Below, in pieces: positions 34,887-41,463 of a stretch of DNA of 41,463 nucleotides (position 1 is its first letter; every line of letters starts with the position of its first letter). Below the pieces are notes generated by a model. That model searched no databases. It had not been told where the DNA came from and saw only the letters and a program-made list of their open reading frames with translations. The stretch is from a virus (lineage: Duplodnaviria; Caudoviricetes). Location of the stretch: the IMG/VR virus record IMGVR_UViG_3300025723_000078, positions 1 through 41,463 of that record; one strand, given 5' to 3'. The position numbers were made by a program, and so were the translations under genes.

Positions 34887-35960
34887 ATGAAAAAATTGTT
34901 ATTTGCAACGCTGTTGGCCTCCGCATGCGGCTTGGCTTCAGCACAAAACAGCGTCACGCTGTATGGTACCCTGGATGCAGGAGCATACAGCATCACCAAC
35001 GCATCAGCCACACAAAATGCATCGGGTCTGGTAGACTCCAGCATGACATCAAGTCTATGGGGCATCCGAGTCGCCGAAGATGTCGGCAATGGTACCACAG
35101 CCGTGGCCAATTTGGAAGGCGATTTGCAAACCAACAACGGCGGCATGAATCAAAATGGTCTGTTCCGTCGTGGAGCCTATGTGGGTCTGGCCAACCGCCA
35201 ATTGGGCGAGCTTGATCTTGGACTCAAAAACAACCCATTGATCGTTGTTGCCCACAACATACTGCCTGTGGCTGGCGACAGCGTGAACTTTGTAACAACC
35301 ATTGCACTCGGATACGCCGATTTCTTTACCAAGAATGCTGTGACCTATACCACTCCCGGCATGGCTGGCATGACTGCCACTGTGCAATACGGGTTGGGCA
35401 ACCACGCCGCAGACGGTACCGATATTGCCTCGGGCAGTGTTGTTGCTTTCAACTTGATCTATTCGGGTATCGACAACTTGAAAGTGCTCGCAGCCGGTCA
35501 AGAACGCCGCAACGGTGGGGTTGCCAGTGTTTCGGCCAACAGCAACAGTGCAAACAAAAACACATACATTGTTGGTGCCAACTACAAATTGAGAAACTTG
35601 ACTGTGGGTGCCGGGTATGTGTCAAATCGCACTGACACAGGTACAGCGGTGGGCAATGTCGATGCAGCAATGATTGGTGTTGGCTATCAGTTGACTCCTG
35701 CCGTACTGTTGGGTGCCAACTATGTCAAAACCAATGACAGCGCCAGTCTGACCAATGTGCAAGCTCACTACAGTTTCAGCAAGCGGACCGAAGTGTATGC
35801 TCAAATTGGTTATGCCCAAAACGGCACAACCACAAGCAATCCAATCGCTCCTGTCTTCCAGACAACTGGTACCAGTCCCGGAGTAGACATCAGTGGGTAC
35901 AGTGCCGTGGCCGGACAGAATCAAACAGGTGCTGGTGTTGGTATCATACATCGCTTCTGA
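34887..35960 (+). CDS. Gram-negative trimeric porin (Porin_4, betaproteobacterial type)
   Basis: Signal peptide; SVTLYG.LD.G, S.WG....ED.G.G, F.R.AYVGL, Y.FSKRT.VY, C-terminal GI.HRF. Confidence 0.92.
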   Translation: MKKLLFATLLASACGLASAQNSVTLYGTLDAGAYSITNASATQNASGLVDSSMTSSLWGIRVAEDVGNGTTAVANLEGDLQTNNGGMNQNGLFRRGAYVGLANRQLGELDLGLKNNPLIVVAHNILPVAGDSVNFVTTIALGYADFFTKNAVTYTTPGMAGMTATVQYGLGNHAADGTDIASGSVVAFNLIYSGIDNLKVLAAGQERRNGGVASVSANSNSANKNTYIVGANYKLRNLTVGAGYVSNRTDTGTAVGNVDAAMIGVGYQLTPAVLLGANYVKTNDSASLTNVQAHYSFSKRTEVYAQIGYAQNGTTTSNPIAPVFQTTGTSPGVDISGYSAVAGQNQTGAGVGIIHRF

Positions 35961-35974
35961 TTTTTAAACAGTAC

Positions 35975-36000
35975 AAGAACCCGCTGAGGCGGGTTTTTTA
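35975..36000 (+). terminator. intrinsic terminator
   Basis: AACCCGC-TGAG-GCGGGTTTTTT. Confidence 0.85.
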
Positions 36001-36050
36001 TTGGTTGCATTTTCGAATACATATATAATTGTATCAAACAAGGAATAGTC

Positions 36051-36215
36051 ATGAGCAAATGGAGCGAACAGATCCGGGCTGCACTGGATCGCAAACACGG
36101 CATCACACATCCTGAACAGGATGGTGCACCTGTGGTCGAGAAAAAAGTCAAAACTCGTACACAGCCACCACAGGGTAAAAAACCACCAACTAGATCAGCT
36201 GGTCGAGGGCGGTAA
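36051..36215 (+). CDS. small basic protein (54 aa)
   Basis: AAGGA RBS; MSKWSEQIRAALDRKHG...RSAGRGR. Confidence 0.6.
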   Translation: MSKWSEQIRAALDRKHGITHPEQDGAPVVEKKVKTRTQPPQGKKPPTRSAGRGR

Positions 36216-36309
36216 TGAATCTCGATTTTTGACATCTAGCAAATCGTTAATTTTACAGCAAGTTTTTGCGACAGAAAATAGCCATGTGTTATGTAAAAAA
36301 TAGCACTCT

Positions 36310-36336
36310 AAACCCCCTGCAATACGGGGGTTTTTC
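36310..36336 (+). terminator. intrinsic terminator
   Basis: AAACCCCC-TGCAATAC-GGGGGTTTTT. Confidence 0.8.
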
Positions 36337-36349
36337 ATGGTTGCGTTTT

Positions 36350-36406
36350 TGGTTGACCCAAAATGGCCATTCAGTTATAATAGTAGTATAGTAAACAACA
36401 AGGAGC
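36350..36406 (+). repeat. 57-bp direct repeat copy 1 (early promoter + RBS module)
   Basis: TGGTTGACCCAAAATGGCCATTCAGTTATAATAGTAGTATAGTAAACAACAAGGAGC, identical to 36966-37022; TTGACC-N17-TATAAT. Confidence 0.9.
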
Positions 36407-36410
36407 TGAA

Positions 36411-36566
36411 ATGAGCAAAAAACACTTTGAAGCAATGGCTAAAGAAATCAGTTATATCAGCGATTTGACAGCTCGCAAGTTGGCGGCACTGGCTGTGGCC
36501 AACGCGGCTGGACGTTTTAACAATAATTTTGATCGTTTTCGTTTTTATACCGCTTGTGGAGTTTAA
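36411..36566 (+). CDS. small early protein (51 aa)
   Basis: Directly after the promoter/RBS module; MSKKHFEAMA...NFDRFRFYTACGV. Confidence 0.7.
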   Translation: MSKKHFEAMAKEISYISDLTARKLAALAVANAAGRFNNNFDRFRFYTACGV

Positions 36567-36567
36567 T

Positions 36568-36885
36568 ATGATAAATCAAATTGTTCAAAATGCCCGAGCA
36601 GCCGCAGTACTGGCCGAAACAGATTTTCTTGCACGTCACGGTGAGCCTGCTTATTGCGGATTTGGTTGGGTTGAAGTTTATGTTGACCGCACCAATTCTA
36701 AGGAAGCCCGGGAATTGATTGCGGCTGGTTTCCGTAAAAGTTACAAACCTCGATGTCTTACTTTATGGTCACCAGGTGCCTATCATGGACAGAGCATGGA
36801 CGTAAAGGAAGCCGGTGCCCATGCTTTCGCTCGAGTTTTAAGCAATTCTGGGCTGAAGGCCTATGCCTGCTCGAGAGCTGACTAA
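36568..36885 (+). CDS. hypothetical early protein
   Basis: CGFGWV...QSMDVKEAGA.AFA.VL...G.....SRAD; GGAG RBS. Confidence 0.7.
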   Translation: MINQIVQNARAAAVLAETDFLARHGEPAYCGFGWVEVYVDRTNSKEARELIAAGFRKSYKPRCLTLWSPGAYHGQSMDVKEAGAHAFARVLSNSGLKAYACSRAD

Positions 36886-36965
36886 ATCGTATCATATGAA
36901 TCTCCTCCCGGGCAGTTGACCAGGGGTGTTGCATTTACGCAACTTAATTCCTAAGTCCCGGACCA

Positions 36966-37022
36966 TGGTTGACCCAAAATGGCCATTCAGTTATAATAGT
37001 AGTATAGTAAACAACAAGGAGC
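36966..37022 (+). repeat. 57-bp direct repeat copy 2 (early promoter + RBS module)
   Basis: Identical to 36350-36406. Confidence 0.9.
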
Positions 37023-37026
37023 AGAT

Positions 37027-37383
37027 ATGCAGAATTCGTTGGCCCAGTACTCGGTAGAAGAATTGCAGAATTCGTTGGCCCAGTACTCGGTAGAAGAATT
37101 GCAGAGTTATTTGAGCGATTTTCACAAGGATTTTTTTGGCTTTCGTCCTCGTTATGCTACTCCTGAACAGTGGCGTAGCCGTGAATATTTAGAAGCCAGT
37201 ATCAACGCGATCCATAACACGATGGACAAGATGAAAGAAACCCGTGCAGGGCGTGATGAACTCCGTGCCAACGGTTGGGTAGTAGAAGAAACCGAAGAGG
37301 AATTGATCCGACATGACAGCCATGTCGGATCGTTTGTCCCACAATTACTCAGATCCGTGGCGTTTTGTGACAGTTTGACTTGA
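37027..37383 (+). CDS. hypothetical early protein with in-frame 36-bp tandem duplication
   Basis: SDFHKDFFGFRPR motif; QNSLAQYSVEEL x2 (37028-37099). Confidence 0.7.
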   Translation: MQNSLAQYSVEELQNSLAQYSVEELQSYLSDFHKDFFGFRPRYATPEQWRSREYLEASINAIHNTMDKMKETRAGRDELRANGWVVEETEEELIRHDSHVGSFVPQLLRSVAFCDSLT

Positions 37384-37412
37384 TTGACCAATAAATCAAT
37401 CAATTGTATAAT
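37384..37412 (+). promoter_or_regulatory. sigma70-type early promoter
   Basis: TTGACC-N17-TATAAT followed by AGCAGTATAGTA, related to the 57-bp module. Confidence 0.75.
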
Positions 37413-37464
37413 AGCAGTATAGTAGTTAATTTCAATCATAGTTTATTTTTAAGGACACAGCCCT

Positions 37465-38550
37465 ATGTCAGATACAAGAACAGTAACATCAAAGCAGGCC
37501 CGTCGCAGTTTACTCAAGGCATTCAAAATCCAACGCCCGTTGTTCCTTTGGGGTCCTCCGGGTATCGGTAAAAGTGAACTGGTAGCCGACATCACGGCCG
37601 AACTGGGTGGCTACATGATCGACCTGCGCCTGGGTCAGATGGAACCCACTGATATCCGTGGTATTCCGTTCTACAACAAGGATACCGGCAAAATGGACTG
37701 GGCCGAACCAGTGGATCTTCCAACTGCAGAATTGGCCAGTCAGTATCCCATCGTGGTCTTGTTCCTGGACGAAATGAACAGTGCAGCACCCAGCGTACAA
37801 TCGGCTGCGTATCAGTTGATCTTGAATCGCCGAAGTGGCAAGTATGTGTTGCCTGACAATGTGGTCATGGTTGCTGCTGGTAACAGAGAAAGTGACAAAG
37901 GTGTCACATATCGTATGCCAACTCCGTTGGCCAATCGTTTCATTCACCAAGAAATGAACGTGGACTTTGCGTCTTGGCAAGAGTGGGCAGTGAAAAATGG
38001 CGAGCACAAGGACGTGGTTGGTTACTTGGCATTCGCCAAGCAGGATCTGTACGACTTTGATGCCAAATCGGCCAGCCGTGCTTTTGCCACACCACGATCA
38101 TGGCACTTTGTGAGCGAACTGTTGCAAGACAGTGACACTGACGACGACACCAACATGAACTTGATCGCAGGTACAGTGGGCGAAGGACTGGCTGTAAAAT
38201 TCATGGCACACCGCAAGGTGGCCGGCCGCATGCCAAACCCAGCTGATATCTTGAGTGGTAAAGTGGATACCCTGGATGTCAAAGAAGTATCAGCCATGTA
38301 CAGCCTGGTAATCGGCATGTGCTATGAACTCAAGGATGCTGTGGCCAAGAAAGTGCCAGACCGGGACTTCCATGCCATGAGCGATTGTTTCTTTGGCTAC
38401 ATGATGAAGAACTTTGAAACTGAGTTGGTGGTAATGGGAGCCCGCATAGCCTTGACAACATACAACTTGCCATTCCAGCCCACCAAGCTCAAGAACTTTG
38501 ACACGTTTCATACTCGGTATGGCAAGTACATTCTACAGGCATCATTGTAA
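37465..38550 (+). CDS. MoxR-like AAA+ ATPase
   Basis: Walker A GPPGIGKS, Walker B LFLDE, AAGNR, LANRF, TPRSW. Confidence 0.9.
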   Translation: MSDTRTVTSKQARRSLLKAFKIQRPLFLWGPPGIGKSELVADITAELGGYMIDLRLGQMEPTDIRGIPFYNKDTGKMDWAEPVDLPTAELASQYPIVVLFLDEMNSAAPSVQSAAYQLILNRRSGKYVLPDNVVMVAAGNRESDKGVTYRMPTPLANRFIHQEMNVDFASWQEWAVKNGEHKDVVGYLAFAKQDLYDFDAKSASRAFATPRSWHFVSELLQDSDTDDDTNMNLIAGTVGEGLAVKFMAHRKVAGRMPNPADILSGKVDTLDVKEVSAMYSLVIGMCYELKDAVAKKVPDRDFHAMSDCFFGYMMKNFETELVVMGARIALTTYNLPFQPTKLKNFDTFHTRYGKYILQASL

Positions 38551-38738
38551 AGCTAACGGAGGGTGTGTGGTAGTGACCAACACAGGGCTGTGTACACACA
38601 GCCCTCCTTCCTGTTTCCCGGAGATCACATGAATTTTGTAGTATGCTCAAAAAAAGATAGCGAGATGATACGTTACCATGACAATAGATACACAGTTCAA
38701 ACTCAGGTGACCGGTAACCTGGCACGGAGCACCTGGAG

Positions 38739-39074
38739 ATGAACTATAATATAACTCGACTGGACCGCAGACATGCTTGGCACGACGAGTTCGACTACAT
38801 GATCGAATTTGCCAAGCGCAGTTTCACCCTGTTACAGACTGCGGAGTCACCGGTGTTGCAGTTTGATCGTACGCGACGTTGGTTCAATGACCAGTTTGGA
38901 TGGAGCCAGGATGTGACCCTGCGACACAGCATGAGCCAGACTCCGGTCGAGCAAAGATGGCCAGACGAAATCAACCCGCACTGGGCCTACAGCATGAAGT
39001 ACGACGAATATCGTGTGTATGTGGCCGGCCAAACCGAACTTGGTTGGTTTGTGCTTAAACATCCGCAGTCATGA
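38739..39074 (+). CDS. array gene 1 (divergent tail LGWFVLKHPQS)
   Basis: GGAG RBS; W....FG and W...F.L elements; ATGA overlap with the next gene. Confidence 0.7.
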   Translation: MNYNITRLDRRHAWHDEFDYMIEFAKRSFTLLQTAESPVLQFDRTRRWFNDQFGWSQDVTLRHSMSQTPVEQRWPDEINPHWAYSMKYDEYRVYVAGQTELGWFVLKHPQS

Positions 39075-39289
39075 CGTTTGAGCATTTGAAATTACAATAT
39101 CAAGGCGCCACATCGGCCCATTATAGCCAGGTCGAGCCCTGGTGCAACGAACATGTGGGTCAATACGGACTAGATTGGACTCGGGTAGGAGCAGATCTGG
39201 CCTACATGATGGCCAATCCCAGCTACAAAGAAAACTATTATTTTCGAGAGGAATCAATGCGTACTATGTTTTTGTTGAGGTGGTCATGA
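39071..39289 (+). CDS. array gene 2 (…MFLLRWS)
   Basis: WC...G..W...F......F.LRW pattern. Confidence 0.75.
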   Translation: MTFEHLKLQYQGATSAHYSQVEPWCNEHVGQYGLDWTRVGADLAYMMANPSYKENYYFREESMRTMFLLRWS

Positions 39290-39534
39290 ACAGCCATCAA
39301 CGCAGACGGGATCGTAGACAGTGGCGTTATTGCTCGCGTCAAGCCCGCCATGAAGTGACTCGATCTTGGAGTTGGGATCAGGCAGTGGCTGAATATATGC
39401 GTCGTTTTAATTGGTGTGTTGAACAGTGGGGCGATCGGGCCGACCGTTGTGGTTGGCGAGAACGCGGTATGGGCGAACGATGGGAATTTGATTGTCCAAA
39501 AAAAGCCACTCTGTTTAGGTTGAGGTGGTCATGA
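39286..39534 (+). CDS. array gene 3 (…LFRLRWS)
   Basis: ATG at 39286 after GAGGTG SD. Confidence 0.75.
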   Translation: MNSHQRRRDRRQWRYCSRQARHEVTRSWSWDQAVAEYMRRFNWCVEQWGDRADRCGWRERGMGERWEFDCPKKATLFRLRWS

Positions 39535-39767
39535 CCCTGTCGACACAAGATTATCCATACAGCGTAAAAGTTACATATAGTGATCAGCTACCGTTTGGTA
39601 CTGCTTTTTTTAGTTCGTCCCCTCCGGGCAAATGGTGTCACCAGCATATTGGCACTTTTGGGCGGGCGTGGTACGTAGACGCTGTTGGAAGCTTCGTTGG
39701 AGTTAAATTTCATTTTGCCCGCGAGCAAGATGCTGTGATGTTTGCGTTGAGGTGGCATAATGGTTAA
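39531..39767 (+). CDS. array gene 4 (…EQDAVMFALRWHNG)
   Basis: ATG at 39531 after GAGGTG SD. Confidence 0.75.
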   Translation: MTLSTQDYPYSVKVTYSDQLPFGTAFFSSSPPGKWCHQHIGTFGRAWYVDAVGSFVGVKFHFAREQDAVMFALRWHNG

Positions 39768-39993
39768 GACAACTCCGCCATTACCAAATCCATACTATCT
39801 GCCCAATTATGTTATTTTAGAGGATCATTGGGACGGGCCCAATCACAAGCGAGTAGATGTTACTCTTCATATCAGTCTTTGGATTGAGCAACAGGACGTA
39901 ACCCAGTGGAAACCAGATGTTAATACAGCGTCGTCGTACAGATATATTATCACTCCAAAATTATTAACATTATTATCGTTGAGGTGGTCATGA
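39760..39993 (+). CDS. array gene 5 (…LLSLRWS)
   Basis: ATG at 39760 after GAGGTG SD. Confidence 0.75.
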   Translation: MVKTTPPLPNPYYLPNYVILEDHWDGPNHKRVDVTLHISLWIEQQDVTQWKPDVNTASSYRYIITPKLLTLLSLRWS

Positions 39994-40307
39994 TAGAAAA
40001 ACAGGTTGACATGTTGAATGGTTATTCAAATTTTGCTGACATGCGTACAGCAAGCAAACTTAAATCACAAGGATGGCGACCCGTCGTGTATGATCTCAAT
40101 TCTCCAACACTACGCGAGATGATTAAATGGTGTCAAGACTCATTTGGTACAATGTACGGAACAGCAGACCCCGAGACTTGGAGCACGGAAGGAAAATGGT
40201 TTGGTGCTGAGTTAGATTTCAGTTCCGGTACAGTTGGCAGAGATAAAAAGATAGTACTGATGTTTCCCGAACAAGAATACGGTTGGTTTGCGTTGAGGTG
40301 GTTATGA
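39990..40307 (+). CDS. array gene 6 (…WFALRWL)
   Basis: ATG at 39990 after GAGGTG SD. Confidence 0.75.
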   Translation: MIEKQVDMLNGYSNFADMRTASKLKSQGWRPVVYDLNSPTLREMIKWCQDSFGTMYGTADPETWSTEGKWFGAELDFSSGTVGRDKKIVLMFPEQEYGWFALRWL

Positions 40308-40537
40308 TAGAAAAACATAATAGCAAAGATGACGGGCGGGTGAGTCTGGACTCTAACAAATACTCTCAGGACACAATGAGTGAGATCCACAATTGGTGCT
40401 TTGCTGTTTTTGGCTCGGGCGGTCGTAAAGAGGAGTATAGATGGCGATATAGGTGGAATAGTGAAATTAGTAAAAAAGATTTTTTCTATTTCAAACATGA
40501 ACAAGATGCTGCGATGTCGGCGTTGAGGTGGGCATGA
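40304..40537 (+). CDS. array gene 7 (…FKHEQDAAMSALRWA)
   Basis: ATG at 40304 after GAGGTG SD. Confidence 0.75.
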   Translation: MIEKHNSKDDGRVSLDSNKYSQDTMSEIHNWCFAVFGSGGRKEEYRWRYRWNSEISKKDFFYFKHEQDAAMSALRWA

Positions 40538-40809
40538 TTACAGACGAGCAAATAGCGATAGCAATGGTGAAACAAATGAAGGATGACGTTGACTGGGGAA
40601 TCTTAGAAAAAATGAGGACTAGATTTATATTGGGACCATACCTAGGACAACCCTATGCGGTAAGAGTGAGATACGATGGTACAGAAATTAACCAGTGGAT
40701 CGAACAACAACCACGCAAGTTATGGTGTCAAGTAGAAAATTTTCTTGATTTTAATGTCTACCTCCTAGACGAAAAATTATACACCATGTTTTTGTTGAGG
40801 TGGGCATAA
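40534..40809 (+). CDS. array gene 8 (…MFLLRWA)
   Basis: ATG at 40534 after GAGGTG SD. Confidence 0.75.
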   Translation: MITDEQIAIAMVKQMKDDVDWGILEKMRTRFILGPYLGQPYAVRVRYDGTEINQWIEQQPRKLWCQVENFLDFNVYLLDEKLYTMFLLRWA

Positions 40810-41060
40810 TGGCAACATTGTATATAGGTCCTCATTTTTGGGATAAACGCACTTATGAAATAACGGTCAAGGCCAACGGTGGAATTGATCGTAAAATTTG
40901 GATAGCTGATATGATGGAATGGGCTAAACAACATAGTATGCGTATTGAGTGGTCTGGAGAAAGCACACATACTTCAGAAGATCAAAGCTGGCATGAAGCA
41001 CATTTTTATATACCCGATCCAAAAGATCGTACTATGTTTGCGTTGAGGTGGGGCGCATGA
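40809..41060 (+). CDS. array gene 9 (…MFALRWGA)
   Basis: TAATG overlap; ATG at 40809. Confidence 0.75.
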   Translation: MATLYIGPHFWDKRTYEITVKANGGIDRKIWIADMMEWAKQHSMRIEWSGESTHTSEDQSWHEAHFYIPDPKDRTMFALRWGA

Positions 41061-41287
41061 ATTTTCAATCTACCTATTTTTCAAAAAAGATGCTGGCAGA
41101 AGGGTGGCATCGTGTTCGGCTGAACCGGTCCCATCACTGGGGTATTTATCGTGACAGCCAACATTGGTGCGAAGAGAGAATTGAGTTCAAAGACTGGGTA
41201 TACATATTCAGCACCAGTGACCTCGGGTCCGAGTATTGGTTCAAACATGAACAAGATGCTGTGATGTTTGCGTTGAAGTGGCTATGA
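41057..41287 (+). CDS. array gene 10 (…FKHEQDAVMFALKWL)
   Basis: ATG at 41057 after GAGGTG SD. Confidence 0.75.
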   Translation: MNFQSTYFSKKMLAEGWHRVRLNRSHHWGIYRDSQHWCEERIEFKDWVYIFSTSDLGSEYWFKHEQDAVMFALKWL

Positions 41288-41463
41288 ACTTCTATTACGA
41301 GATAGCCCCTGATGCACAATCCGTGTTCGGTGAACGACATCCCTACTGGTGCTTGGCCAATTGCAGCGTGGCCAGCGCGAGTGGTTACATGCCGTATCAA
41401 ATACATGATGAATTTTTAAGCAACAGCACCCGGGCCTGGTTGGAAAACGAAAACGAAGTATAT
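41284..41463 (+). CDS. array gene 11 (3' truncated by window edge)
   Basis: ATGA overlap; MNFYYEIAP... open to the window end. Confidence 0.65.
   Translation, partial: MNFYYEIAPDAQSVFGERHPYWCLANCSVASASGYMPYQIHDEFLSNSTRAWLENENEVY

Larger units (their letters stand above)
39260..41287 (+). repeat. dispersed junction repeat GTTGAGGTGG-N2-5-ATG (9 copies)
   Basis: Copies start at 39274, 39519, 39746, 39978, 40292, 40522, 40794, 41042 and 41272 (last reads GTTGAAGTGG). Confidence 0.92.

Noticed and set aside
39260-41287. Junction repeats as a CRISPR array
   Set aside because: The repeat core is only about 10 nt, the intervals are 227-314 bp and fully protein-coding, and no cas genes are present.
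1-41463. Stop-codon reassignment (alternative genetic code)
   Set aside because: Recognisable genes are full length in code 11 and end in TAA, TGA and TAG. No clean suppressor tRNA was found; the CTA in 30301-30401 is not in a canonical loop.

Overview
This is a 41.5-kb segment of a large (jumbo/huge) T4-like tailed phage genome. The evidence is a T4-type RNase H/flap nuclease, recurrent TAAATA late-promoter motifs, consensus sigma70 early promoters, free-standing homing endonucleases and densely packed small ORFs. The host is probably a Betaproteobacterium, inferred from the Bug/TctC protein, a Porin_4-type porin and the tmRNA 5' motif. Contents in order: replication and nucleotide genes; tRNA-Ile2 and a circularly permuted two-piece tmRNA with a 29-aa tag; a minus-strand curli-secretion/FecR/CHASE2 adenylate cyclase module whose cyclase gene is split by a homing-endonuclease insertion; surface-sugar and lipid accessory genes; a large tRNA region (36 assignable tRNAs in the window covering all 20 amino acids, plus 2 aberrant tRNA-like RNAs and several long-stem ncRNA candidates); an RNA polymerase omega homolog; a porin; early-promoter cassettes; a MoxR AAA+ ATPase; and a tandem array of at least 11 small genes, nine of whose junctions share a GTTGAGGTGG motif. 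The strongest candidates for undescribed biology are (1) a leader peptide containing all 20 amino acids, coupled to an antiterminator/terminator switch directly upstream of the tRNA array (an apparent whole-tRNA-pool-sensing attenuator), and (2) the LRW-junction gene cassette array. All calls were made by eye and no database searches were run.
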